Made by a program: the position numbers and the translations under genes. A stretch of DNA of 21,450 nucleotides, from NCBI GenBank assembly GCA_024404275.1, contig JAKSQG010000013.1, positions 1-21,450 on the forward strand, written 5' to 3'. Position 1 is the first letter of the stretch. Every line of letters starts with the position of its first letter. The notes under the pieces were generated by a model. The model saw only the letters and a list, made by a program, of their open reading frames with translations. It was not told the DNA's origin and did not search any database. Shown here in pieces: positions 1 to 8,601 of this stretch. This DNA is from Clostridia bacterium. Its GTDB lineage: Bacteria; Bacillota; Clostridia; Christensenellales; Aristaeellaceae.

Positions 1-2762
1 CCGCAGCGGTAATGCGGCGGCAGGGCATTCACCTCGGTAATGCCGCACAGGCGAGCCACCAGCGAGGAGCCTACGGATCCGCGGCTGCCCACCAGATAAC
101 CGTCGGAGTTGGATTTGCGCACCAGCTTACTGGCGATGTCGTACAGTGTGGCATAGCCGTAGCCGATGATGGAGTTCATTTCCTTCTCGATGCGCTTTTC
201 CACAATTTCGGGCAGCACATCGCCGTACAGTTCATGTGAGGTCTTTTCGACCATGCCGCGAATGTCGTCAGGGGCATAATCCCACACGGGAGAGAAGGTC
301 GTTTTCCCCTCGGGATGCTTGGGAAACAGCGATACCTCGCCGACCTTTTCCAGTATTTTTCTTGGGTTGTCGATGACCACTTCACGCGCTTTTTCCGGTC
401 CCAGATAGCTGAACTCGTCCAGCATCTCCCGCGTCGTTTTCAGATACAACGGCGGCTGCTGGTCGCAGTCCTCAAAGCCCATGCCATCCTGCAAAATCGC
501 ACGGAACACCGCGTCCTGCGGGTCCAGATAATGCACGTCGCCCGTTGCCACCACGGGAATACCCAGTTTTTCGCCCAGACGCACGATGACGCGATTCAGC
601 TCCCGCAGCTCCTCGTCATCCTTCACGCGCCCTTCGCGTACCAGGAAGGCGTTGTTGCCGATGGGCTGAATCTCCAGATAATCATAGAAGCGTGCAATGC
701 GGGAAAGCTTCTTCTCATCCGCTCCCTCCAGCACGGCGCGGAAAAGCTCGCCCGCCTCGCAGGCAGAACCGATAATCAGCCCCTCACGGTACTTCTGAAT
801 GTTTTCACGCGGCATGTGCGGACGGCGGCGGAAGTATTTCAGATGGCTGTCGCTGACCAGATGGTTGAGGTTCTGCAAGCCCTTCTGACTGGCTGCCAGC
901 ACAATGATATGAAAACTGGTGCCCAGCGTATAGCCGCTGATGATGTCGTCGATCTCGCCCAGCTCTTTGGCGCCGTGTGCAGCGGCGTCCTCCAGCATCT
1001 TCTGCAGGCACAGCGCCGTTGCCGTGGCGTCATGCACAGCACGATGGGCGTTCTTGAGCGATACGCCCAGGCGTTTGCACACTGCCGCCAGCTTGTGCGA
1101 TTTCAGGTCGGGATACAGCTTCCGTGCAAACGTCAGCGTATCAATGACGGTATATTCTTTTTCAATGCCCAGCCGCCGCAGTTCATTTCTCAGCACCGCG
1201 GTATCAAAGTCGGCATTGTGTGCCGCAAGCGGTGCGTCGCCGATAAATTCCAGCAGCTTCGGCATCTCTTCGGCAATGCCCGGTTCATCCTTCAGCATGG
1301 CATCTGTAATGCCCGTGATTTCTGTGATCTTGGGCTGCAGCAGCTGACCGGGATTGATCAGCACTGACATGGTGTCGGTCACCACGCCGCCCTCCAGCCG
1401 CACCGCGCCGATCTCAATGATGCGGCAGGAGCGGGTATCCAGACCTGTCGTTTCAAAGTCAAGCACCACAATCGGCGTATTCAGCGGACGCTTGTCGTCC
1501 TCCTCACTGCGCACGATCTGATCTGCATCGGTCAGATAGCCCTCGCAGCCGGGGATCAGCTTGATGCCGCGCTTCTTTGCCGCGCCAAACGCTTCGGGGA
1601 ACGCCTGCACCACACCGTGATCGGTGATGGCGACCGCGGGATGTCCCCAGTCGGCAGCACGGTTGATCAGCGCAGAGGCGGAAGCCACCGCGTCCATGTT
1701 GCTCATCTGCGTATGCATGTGCAGCTCAATGCGCTTCTCCGGTTCATCATCGGTGCGTTTGGGCAGATCATAGCGCACGATGCTGTTGACCATGATGGTA
1801 TTTTCCCGGGAAAAGGTATCGTAGCGGCAATCGCCCTTGACCGTCACGCCCTCGCAGTCCTTCAGGCGCTTGATCACATCCAGCACCACTGCACGCTGCT
1901 CATCGGTGATGGGCGGCAGCTCCTCCTCATTGTCCTTGGGACGCGGACGGTAGCGCAAAAACATTTTGCACTTGATGGTACCGGTATAATCGGTCACGTT
2001 AAAGGTGACCAGCAGGCACTCACCCCCGCTGATCTCCTTTTCCTCATAATCCAGACGGCGTCCCTGAATGACCGTTTCGCCCGTATCGCCTGTCAGCTCA
2101 CTGATGGGCACCGCCGGCTCGGCGATGGGGCGGCCGCGGATCAGGCGGCGCTTTTTCTCCTCCGCCGCTTCACGGCGTTTTCTTGCCGCCTCTTCCTGAC
2201 GGCGTGCCAGCTCCTGCCGCTGTTCTTTCAGTGCTTCTTCCGCCCGCCGCTCCCGTTCAATGCGAGCCAGTGTCTCCTCACGGGCACCTGTCACACGGCA
2301 GAACACTTCGGTCTTAAGGGTAAAGATATCGTTGATCACCTGCGCGATCTTTTCGGGCAGCTGATGGCTTTTCAGATAGTTCAGGGCAAAATCATCCGGC
2401 AGTTCCAGCACGATGCGGCCATCCTCGCGCTTATAGCGCATGTCAAATTCCCAGGCCGCCATGGAGGGATGATCACGCATCAATATATCGTTGATCACGT
2501 GCGCGTACTTGTCGGGGTCCGCCTCAAAATCTTCTTTCAGCGCCGGGCAGGAGATGCGCAGTGAAAAACGGATGTCGGGAAAGGTCCGTCGCAAAAGCGT
2601 TTTCAGCTCGCTGTATTCCCTGTCCCCCACCACCTCGCTGCTGAGCATATAAAAGAACGCATGCTTTTCAGACCGCTTGTAAATGACCCTGTCAATGGTC
2701 ACGCAGTCCTTCAGCGAGGGAATCTGCTCGCCGATTTTGGCAAGCAGCTCAGTATATGTCAT
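1..2762 (-). CDS. polC: DNA polymerase III, PolC type (Gram-positive replicative polymerase). N-terminal ~920 codons only; the 3' end runs off the window.
   Basis: Absent from the ORF track because the minus frame is open from ATG 2762..2760 to base 1 with no stop. My translation starts MTYTELLAKIGEQIPSLKD. It contains the PHP motif IELHMHTQMSNMDAV (~1690-1735) and exonuclease motifs VVLDFETTGL (~1445-1475), AHNADFD (~1205-1235) and HRAVHDA (~1025-1050). It reaches GSRGSVGSSLVARLCGITEVNALPPHY at the window edge. The start overlaps the ispG stop by 14 nt, the usual position downstream of rseP/ispG in Firmicutes. Confidence 0.9.
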   Translation of the reverse strand, partial: MTYTELLAKIGEQIPSLKDCVTIDRVIYKRSEKHAFFYMLSSEVVGDREYSELKTLLRRTFPDIRFSLRISCPALKEDFEADPDKYAHVINDILMRDHPSMAAWEFDMRYKREDGRIVLELPDDFALNYLKSHQLPEKIAQVINDIFTLKTEVFCRVTGAREETLARIERERRAEEALKEQRQELARRQEEAARKRREAAEEKKRRLIRGRPIAEPAVPISELTGDTGETVIQGRRLDYEEKEISGGECLLVTFNVTDYTGTIKCKMFLRYRPRPKDNEEELPPITDEQRAVVLDVIKRLKDCEGVTVKGDCRYDTFSRENTIMVNSIVRYDLPKRTDDEPEKRIELHMHTQMSNMDAVASASALINRAADWGHPAVAITDHGVVQAFPEAFGAAKKRGIKLIPGCEGYLTDADQIVRSEEDDKRPLNTPIVVLDFETTGLDTRSCRIIEIGAVRLEGGVVTDTMSVLINPGQLLQPKITEITGITDAMLKDEPGIAEEMPKLLEFIGDAPLAAHNADFDTAVLRNELRRLGIEKEYTVIDTLTFARKLYPDLKSHKLAAVCKRLGVSLKNAHRAVHDATATALCLQKMLEDAAAHGAKELGEIDDIISGYTLGTSFHIIVLAASQKGLQNLNHLVSDSHLKYFRRRPHMPRENIQKYREGLIIGSACEAGELFRAVLEGADEKKLSRIARFYDYLEIQPIGNNAFLVREGRVKDDEELRELNRVIVRLGEKLGIPVVATGDVHYLDPQDAVFRAILQDGMGFEDCDQQPPLYLKTTREMLDEFSYLGPEKAREVVIDNPRKILEKVGEVSLFPKHPEGKTTFSPVWDYAPDDIRGMVEKTSHELYGDVLPEIVEKRIEKEMNSIIGYGYATLYDIASKLVRKSNSDGYLVGSRGSVGSSLVARLCGITEVNALPPHYRC

Positions 2763-3798
2763 TCATGGCCTCCCGCACAATGCGGATAAACTCCGCCGCG
2801 ATATCACCGGTCAGCTTTTTGACAAACTGTCCGCGAATGTACAGCGCGCCGCAATTAACGCCGCCGCACAGGGCAAAGTCCGCGTCACGCGCCTCGCCGG
2901 GGCCGTTGACCACACAGCCCATCACGGCAATGGTCACATCCTTGGTGCAGCCGGCAAAGGCCTGTTCCACCTGCTGGGCAATGGCGTTCACATCAATGCG
3001 GGTACGTCCGCAGGTCGGGCAGGAAACAAATCTCGCGCCGCCCCGCAGGCCCACCGCCCTCAGGATATCAATGGCCGCCTGCGCTTCAGGCAGCGGAGAG
3101 CCGGTCAGCGATACACGCACCGTGTCGCCGATACCGTCCAACAGCAGCGCGCCGATGCCGATGGCCGACTTGATGCTGCCACGACCGGGCAGACCCGCCT
3201 CCGTCACACCCAGATGCAGCGGATAATCGCACTTCTGCGCCGCCATGCGGTAGGCAGCCACCGTCATGGGCACATCGCTGCACTTGAGAGAAAGCACAAT
3301 ATCGCCAAAGCCGGCTTTTTCCAGCATGGCGGCATGCCGCAGTGCGCTGTCCACCATGCCCTGCGCTGTGCGTCCGCCGTCGCGCTCCACAATGTCCTTT
3401 TCCAATGAACCCGCATTCACACCGATGCGGATGGGCACATGGTGCATCCTCGCTGCGTCCGCCACACGCCGCACATTTTCTTCCCCGCCGATGTTGCCGG
3501 GGTTGATGCGCAGCTTGGCAATGCCGTTTTCCACCGCGCCAATGGCCAACCGGTGATCAAAATGAATATCCGCCACCAGCGGCACAGGGCTGCCGTCCAC
3601 CAGGTCGCGTACCGCGCGCACACATTCCTCGTCATAGACCGAGACGCGCACCAGGTCGCAGCCTGCCGCTGCCAGCGCACGGATCTGCTCCAGCGTTTCG
3701 GCCACATTGCGGGTGTCGGTGTTGGTCATCGACTGCACCAGCACACGGCTGCCGCCGCCGATATCCAGATTGCCGATTTTCATTGCGCGTGTTTTCAT
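2749..3798 (-). CDS. ispG: 4-hydroxy-3-methylbut-2-en-1-yl diphosphate synthase (MEP pathway)
   Basis: The ORF-track product contains VQSMTNTDTRNV, the Fe-S ligand region FVSCPTCGRTRIDV and VMGCVVNGPGEA, all typical of IspG/GcpE. The track start at 3813 is TTG. ATG 3798 (MKTRAMKIGNL) lies 9 nt after a GAGG and is preferred; ATG 3804 or 3783 are also possible. Stop is TGA. Confidence 0.93.
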   Translation of the reverse strand: MKTRAMKIGNLDIGGGSRVLVQSMTNTDTRNVAETLEQIRALAAAGCDLVRVSVYDEECVRAVRDLVDGSPVPLVADIHFDHRLAIGAVENGIAKLRINPGNIGGEENVRRVADAARMHHVPIRIGVNAGSLEKDIVERDGGRTAQGMVDSALRHAAMLEKAGFGDIVLSLKCSDVPMTVAAYRMAAQKCDYPLHLGVTEAGLPGRGSIKSAIGIGALLLDGIGDTVRVSLTGSPLPEAQAAIDILRAVGLRGGARFVSCPTCGRTRIDVNAIAQQVEQAFAGCTKDVTIAVMGCVVNGPGEARDADFALCGGVNCGALYIRGQFVKKLTGDIAAEFIRIVREAMNDIY

Positions 3799-3809
3799 AT
3801 GCATCAACC

Positions 3810-4874
3810 TCAAAACAGATTCAGAATATCACGGAAAGTCAAAAACAGCATCAGCGCCATCAGAAGCAGCATGCCGATGGTGTGGATCCACGCCTCCACC
3901 TTGCGGTTGACCGGGCGGCGGAAGATCATTTCAAAAGCCACAAACCAGATGCGGCTGCCATCCAGACCGGGAACAGGCAGCAGGTTCATCAGTCCCAGAT
4001 TGATGGACAGCACGATCATCATTTCGATGTAGCCGATCAGGCTGTATTCCGCTGTCTGCTGGGCAATGACCGAGACGGCGCCCACCGGACCGGAGATCTG
4101 ATCCGCCCCCTCGCCGGTGGAAACCAGGTTTTTCAAAGTGGTCAACACCGCCCCCGCGGCATCTACACACACGTTCCAGCTGTGCCGCAGCGTCGCGCCA
4201 AAGTCCGCATGCATCCATTGGATCGGATAAGCATACTGAATCGTCACGCCCACCATGTACCGGTTCTCGGTGCTGATATAATCGGGTGTCACCTGCAGCT
4301 CCAGTACCTTGCCGCCGCGCTTTACCTCCAACGGCACAGCCCCCTTTTCGGCGCTGTAGCCGGGAAACAGGCTTTCGGTATCCTTGATCTCCGTACCGCC
4401 CGTTTTCAGGATGACATCCCCGGGCTTGAGTCCGCCCTTTTCCGCCGGAGAATCAGCCGTGACCGAAATGACTTGCGCCTCCAGCCCTTCTCCCGCGTAG
4501 GGCAGTCCCTGTACGCCAAAGAAGCACAGCGCCGCTACAAAAGCCAGCACAAAATTCATGATCGGGCCCGCAGCAATGGTGACCAGCCGCTTCCATGCCG
4601 CCTGCCGCGTCAGCGCCCGCGGATCGCCATCCGCCTTGCCGTTCACATCATCCTCGCCGTAAAAGGCACAAAAGCCGCCGCAGGGAATGGCACGGAGCGT
4701 ATACACGGTACCGTTTTTGCCTGTACGGCCCCAGATTTTCGGTCCGAAGCCGATACTGAACGCCTTTACGGCAATACCGCAGGCGCGGGCGGCAAAAAAG
4801 TGTCCCGCTTCATGAATGCTGATCATAATGCCAAGCAGCAGCAGCGCTGCCAGCACATACAAAATACCGGACAT
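3810..4874 (-). CDS. rseP: RIP (site-2) zinc metalloprotease, M50 family, RseP/RasP-like
   Basis: HEAGHFFAARACG (HExxH inside TM1), a central PDZ-like segment (GLKPGDVILKTGGTEI) and the C-terminal NLLPVPGLDGSRI motif. GGAGG precedes ATG 4874. It follows dxr after a 13-nt gap. Confidence 0.9.
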   Translation of the reverse strand: MSGILYVLAALLLLGIMISIHEAGHFFAARACGIAVKAFSIGFGPKIWGRTGKNGTVYTLRAIPCGGFCAFYGEDDVNGKADGDPRALTRQAAWKRLVTIAAGPIMNFVLAFVAALCFFGVQGLPYAGEGLEAQVISVTADSPAEKGGLKPGDVILKTGGTEIKDTESLFPGYSAEKGAVPLEVKRGGKVLELQVTPDYISTENRYMVGVTIQYAYPIQWMHADFGATLRHSWNVCVDAAGAVLTTLKNLVSTGEGADQISGPVGAVSVIAQQTAEYSLIGYIEMMIVLSINLGLMNLLPVPGLDGSRIWFVAFEMIFRRPVNRKVEAWIHTIGMLLLMALMLFLTFRDILNLF

Positions 4875-4887
4875 GCTTCCTCCGTTA

Positions 4888-6048
4888 TCAGGTCATGGAA
4901 TTCAATATCTGCCGTGCCATCCGCCTTGCCGTTTCATCGGCCAGGTAGACCGCCTCCAGGCTGTCAGCCGGCATATTGCCCACGCGGGAGAGTGTCTCAT
5001 TCACCACCGCGCCGATGTCGGTAAAGCGGATGCCGCCGGCACGGAAAGCCGCGTTGGCCTCCTCATTGGCGGCGTTGAGCATACAGCAGGCGGCGCCGCC
5101 GGCACGAATGGCCGCATACGCCAACCCCACTGCCGGAAAACGCTCGGGGTCCACTTCATAAAAGGTACAGGCGCCGATGGCAGCAAAATCCGCCCTCGGG
5201 GCAGCCGTTTCAATCCGTTCGGGATACGCCATCGCGTAAGCGATGGGAACACGCATATCAGGCGCGCCCAGCTGCGCCATCACAGCACCGTCCTTGAATT
5301 CCACCATGGAATGCACAATGCTCTGGGGATGGATCAGTACATGGATCTGCTCCGGCTTCGCGTTGAACAGCCAGCGCGCTTCAATAACTTCCAGCGCCTT
5401 GTTGAACATGGAAGCGGAATCCACCGTGATCTTCGCGCCCATGCTCCAGTTCGGATGGCACAGCGCCTGCTCCAGCGTCACATTCTGCAGCTCTTCCGTG
5501 GTCATTTCCCGGAAGGGACCACCCGAAGCCGTCAGATGGATGGTGCGGTAGGCATTGCCCTGTGCGGCTTTGAGGCACTGATAAATAGCGCTGTGCTCGC
5601 TGTCCACGGGGATCAGCGTAGGTCCATCCGCCCCGTCGGCACAGCAGCTCATCACCAGCTGACCGCCCGCTACCAGTGCCTCCTTGTTAGCCAGCAACAC
5701 GCGCCGTCCCGCGGAACGGGCAGCCATCACCGCCGGCAGACCGGTCATCCCCACCACGCTCACCAGCACATCATCTGCCGGCACTTCACGGGCAGCGGCG
5801 ACCAGAGCAGCGCTTCCAAAGCGCCAGTCGATCGTTTTCAGATCATCGGGAATGGTGACGGCATTTTCGTTCACGCCGGTCAATCCCGCCATCAGCGGCT
5901 GAAAGCGCCGCACCTGTTCAAAAAGCGCATCCGCGTTGCGGTGCGCCGTTAATGCCGTAATTCTGAAGCGTTCCGGGTGCATCGCCGCAATTTTCAACGC
6001 CTGCGTACCGATAGAGCCCGTACTGCCCAGGATGGAGATATTTCTCAT
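4888..6048 (-). CDS. dxr: 1-deoxy-D-xylulose 5-phosphate reductoisomerase
   Basis: ISILGSTGSIGTQAL (NADPH-binding), LANKEALV, PVDSEHSAI and HPQSIVHSMVEF are all canonical Dxr blocks. 386 aa, TGA stop. Confidence 0.95.
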   Translation of the reverse strand: MRNISILGSTGSIGTQALKIAAMHPERFRITALTAHRNADALFEQVRRFQPLMAGLTGVNENAVTIPDDLKTIDWRFGSAALVAAAREVPADDVLVSVVGMTGLPAVMAARSAGRRVLLANKEALVAGGQLVMSCCADGADGPTLIPVDSEHSAIYQCLKAAQGNAYRTIHLTASGGPFREMTTEELQNVTLEQALCHPNWSMGAKITVDSASMFNKALEVIEARWLFNAKPEQIHVLIHPQSIVHSMVEFKDGAVMAQLGAPDMRVPIAYAMAYPERIETAAPRADFAAIGACTFYEVDPERFPAVGLAYAAIRAGGAACCMLNAANEEANAAFRAGGIRFTDIGAVVNETLSRVGNMPADSLEAVYLADETARRMARQILNSMT

Positions 6049-6061
6049 ACGGAGACCTTTC

Positions 6062-6877
6062 TTATTTCAGAAGAATCTGCTGATAGATATACACCAGAGC
6101 CGACACAAACAAAATGCTGTCCATGCGGTCCATCACACCGCCGTGACCGGGAATCAGATTGGAATAATCCTTGATGCCGCAGTGACGCTTGATCAGCGAA
6201 GCATACAGGTCGCCCACCTGTCCCACAACGCCGCCCAGCAATCCGACAATGGCAAAATGCCACACAGGCGGCATCAGTACCTTATCTCCCATGGTCGCGC
6301 AGGCAATGCCCCAGATAGCCAGCGCACACAGCACCGAGCCCATCAGGCCTGCCGCCGCGCCCTCCACTGTTTTGTTGGGGCTCACCTTGGGGATCAGTTT
6401 GCGGCTGCCAAAGCGCACACCGATAAAGTAAGCAGCGGTATCGCCGGCTACGGGCACCAGCAGACTCAGACAGATGAGCGGCACACGCCACAATTCGTTG
6501 ACGGCGTGGTTCTGGCTGAGCAGACACATGCCGGGCAGCGTCACGCTGAGCAGCGGCATCACCGACACCAGAATATCCTCCAGATGCGGTTCGCCATGGA
6601 AGAGCACATACATCGTAATGATCAGAATGGTACCAAACAGGATCGGCAGCAGCGCCTCTCCCTTGTACACCAGAAACGCCGGGACCGCCAGCACCGTCGC
6701 CGCCCATACAGGCCAGCGCACCACCTGATGCCCCTTTTTGATCAGTGCCTGCGTCATCTCATGCAGCGCCAGAGCAATGGCGGCAATGCAGATCACGTCA
6801 AACACCCAGCCGCCCAGCAAAATGGCGGCCATCGTCAGGGGAATCAGCACGCATCCCGTAATGATCCTTGTTTTCAT
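6062..6877 (-). CDS. cdsA: phosphatidate cytidylyltransferase (CDP-diglyceride synthase)
   Basis: Polytopic membrane protein with the CDS signature SLIKRHCGIKDYSNLIPGHGGVMDRMDS near the C-terminus. AAGGAG precedes ATG 6877. It starts 3 nt after the uppS stop. Confidence 0.9.
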   Translation of the reverse strand: MKTRIITGCVLIPLTMAAILLGGWVFDVICIAAIALALHEMTQALIKKGHQVVRWPVWAATVLAVPAFLVYKGEALLPILFGTILIITMYVLFHGEPHLEDILVSVMPLLSVTLPGMCLLSQNHAVNELWRVPLICLSLLVPVAGDTAAYFIGVRFGSRKLIPKVSPNKTVEGAAAGLMGSVLCALAIWGIACATMGDKVLMPPVWHFAIVGLLGGVVGQVGDLYASLIKRHCGIKDYSNLIPGHGGVMDRMDSILFVSALVYIYQQILLK

Positions 6878-6880
6878 GTG

Positions 6881-7594
6881 TCACTCCTTGCGGGCACCAA
6901 ACCGCCTGTCACGGCGGCCGAAGGCGTCCAGCGCTTCATGATAATCCTTGAGCGAAAAATCAGGCCACAGCACCGTGGGAAACAGCATTTCGGCATAGGC
7001 ACATTGCCACAGCATAAAATTGCTCAGGCGCATCTCACCGCTCGTGCGGATCACCAGATCGATATCCGGCAGTCCGGCCGTATAGAGCCTGTCGGCAATT
7101 GCCTTTTCGTCAATGTCCTCCGGACGGATGCGTCCCGCCGCGGCATCCTCCGCAAGCAGTCGTGCCGCCCGGGTCAGTTCTGCCCTCGCGCCGTAGTTGA
7201 TGGCAATGCACAGCTTCAGACCGGTGTTCTGCTTTGTTCTTTCTTCCGCCGCAAACAGCGCTTCTTTCTGCGGGGAGGGCATGCCCTCCTTATCACCCAG
7301 AATATGGATGCAAACGTTTTTTTCATCCAGTTCATCGATCTCGGAAGTAAAATACTCCAGCAGCAGGCTCATCAGTGCCCCCACCTCTGCCGCGCTGCGG
7401 CGCCAGTTCTCGGTGGAAAAGGCATACAGCGACAGCGCTTCAATGCCAATGTCACTGCTCTAACGGATAATGGCGCGCAGCGTCTCCACGCCCTTGCGGT
7501 GACCCATCGCCACCTGCAGGGCATGCGCCTTGGCCCAACGGCCGTTGCCGTCCATGATAATGGCTACATGCCGCGGCAATACAGCTTCACTCAT
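6881..7594 (-). pseudogene. uppS: Isoprenyl transferase / undecaprenyl-diphosphate synthase reading frame, interrupted by one in-frame TAG at 7460-7462 (codon 45)
   Basis: The track lists only 6881..7384 (GTG start). Reading the same frame upstream gives ATG 7594, with GGAGG 7 nt upstream, and [69 protein letters not shown].... Both halves are canonical UppS, with the DGNGRW catalytic region upstream and the YAFSTENW and RTSGE.RLSNF.LWQ blocks downstream. I checked frame continuity codon by codon. Confidence 0.85.
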
Positions 7595-7787
7595 TGTCTT
7601 TCCTCCGCGGGTCTCCGTCCCTGAAATGCGCCGCGACCAGCACGCCGGGACGAAGGCCGATGACCCGCATCGTGGTCTCGCCTCTGTCCTCCATACCGGT
7701 CATACGCACCTCGGGCTCCTGCCCGGCCTTCTTACAAACAAGCAGGGCCTGCGCAAGCGGCAGGCCCAGGCAGGCAGAAGGCGGCAT
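7587..7787 (-). CDS. Small hypothetical protein (66 aa), translationally coupled to uppS
   Basis: ATG 7787 is preceded by GAGGTG at 6-nt spacing; the track's TTG 7814 is an alternative start. Third codon positions are mostly G/C, as in the flanking genes. Its TGA (7587-7589) overlaps the uppS ATG by 8 nt (ATGAGTGA). I recognise no family. Confidence 0.45.
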   Translation of the reverse strand: MPPSACLGLPLAQALLVCKKAGQEPEVRMTGMEDRGETTMRVIGLRPGVLVAAHFRDGDPRRKDNE

Positions 7788-7810
7788 GGGCCGCACCTCT
7801 TCTTTTATCG

Positions 7811-8374
7811 TCAAACCGCCATGATCTCCTTTTCCTTTTCGGCGGAGAGCTTGTCGATCTCCTTGATGGCGTTGTCGGTGACCTTCTGCAGGTCATCCTC
7901 GGCCTTGTGCTGTTCATCCTCGGTCAGCTCATTGTCCTTCTTCATCTTCTTGATGACTTCCATGGCGTCACGGCGGATGTTGCGGCACGCCACCTTGCTT
8001 TCCTCGGCGGTCTTGCGCACCACCTTGGTCAGCTCCTTGCGGCGCTCCTCATTCAGCTCGGGCACAATCAGGCGAACGACATGACCGTCGTTGGAGGGGT
8101 TCAGGCCCAGATCGCTCTTCTGGATGGCCTTTTCGATGGCGGGGATGGCCTTCTGATCCCAGGGGGCGATCACCAGCATACGGGGTTCGGGAGCGGAAAT
8201 GTTGCCGACCTGATTGATGGGCATCATGCTGCCGTAATATTCCACGGAGACGCGGTCCAGGATCTGCGGATTGGCGCGGCCGGCACGCAGGGACTGCATA
8301 TCACGCTTGAAAGCATCCTGAGTTTTGACCATACGGGATTTGGAGTTTTCGATCAGTTCTTTTGCGGTGGGCAT
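7811..8374 (-). CDS. frr: ribosome recycling factor
   Basis: MPTAKELIENSKSRMVKTQDAFKRDMQSLRAGRANPQILDRVSVEYYG... is a full-length canonical Frr of 187 aa. The true start is ATG 8374 with GAAGGAGG upstream; the track ORF extends further to a spurious upstream start. Confidence 0.95.
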   Translation of the reverse strand: MPTAKELIENSKSRMVKTQDAFKRDMQSLRAGRANPQILDRVSVEYYGSMMPINQVGNISAPEPRMLVIAPWDQKAIPAIEKAIQKSDLGLNPSNDGHVVRLIVPELNEERRKELTKVVRKTAEESKVACRNIRRDAMEVIKKMKKDNELTEDEQHKAEDDLQKVTDNAIKEIDKLSAEKEKEIMAV

Positions 8375-8441
8375 TTGTTGGTCCTCCTTCACTTCATAAA
8401 CAGCCTGCCGGAGCAGGCCGGGGTTTTCATTTCTGTCTACT

Positions 8442-8470
8442 ATTTTACCGTTTTTTGTACATCTTGGCAA
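8442..8470 (-). promoter_or_regulatory. Sigma-A type promoter for the frr...polC operon
   Basis: The minus strand reads TTGCCA, a 17-nt spacer (agatgtacaaaaaacgg), then TAAAAT. It lies about 70 nt upstream of the frr ATG. The predicted leader contains an 8-bp hairpin (8401-8420) that is more stable in the minus-sense RNA because of a G-U pair. Confidence 0.5.
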
Positions 8471-8538
8471 GACCCAAATATCTTGCCCGTCTTCCGCTGC
8501 CCACAGCAGGTTTTACAATCTCCCCACACTGCGTATGC

Positions 8539-8568
8539 TTGTGTTTTTTTACGCGCGTATGATATAAT
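8539..8568 (+). promoter_or_regulatory. Extended -10 promoter for the CDF/LCP/glycosidase operon
   Basis: TTGTGT (8539-8544), an 18-nt spacer, then TGaTATAAT (8560-8568). It lies about 34 nt upstream of the TTG 8602 start. Confidence 0.5.
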
Positions 8569-8601
8569 AGAAAGGATAAATCAGAAGGGAGAGAAAAGAG
8601 C

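Noticed and set aside
7460-7462. Interpreting the in-frame TAGs as pyrrolysine or selenocysteine sites
   Set aside because: Selenocysteine uses UGA with a SECIS element, not UAG. Pyrrolysine needs pylTSBCD and is found essentially in methylamine methyltransferases. No such genes are in the window, and the aligned UppS residue is an ordinary aromatic. I keep this only as something to exclude genome-wide.
5936-7624. A 562-aa plus-strand ORF, with similar long antisense ORFs at 315..1367, 1617..2564, 2683..3408, 3783..5024, 4816..5952, 7907..8671 (plus) and 8581..9555, 9689..11239, 11282..12028 (minus)
   Set aside because: All are antisense to genes with unambiguous family signatures (polC, ispG, rseP, dxr, cdsA, uppS, frr, CDF, LCP, glycosidase). 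Their products are Arg/His/Gln/Ala-rich nonsense, and none has a start context.
8401-8433. A hairpin plus T-run on the plus strand (CAGCCTGC-cgga-GCAGGCCG then GGGGTTTTCATTT) that resembles an intrinsic terminator
   Set aside because: No plus-strand gene ends upstream of it. It lies between the frr promoter and the frr RBS, and it pairs better in the minus-sense RNA (a G-U pair instead of an A-C mismatch). It is more likely a 5'-leader structure of the frr transcript.
8465-8489. A 7-bp inverted repeat GGCAAGA-N8-TCTTGCC in the frr/CDF intergenic region, considered as a possible operator
   Set aside because: It overlaps the proposed frr -35 element, so it could be regulatory. However, it is short, has no T-run and no second copy in the window, so it is not distinguishable from chance.
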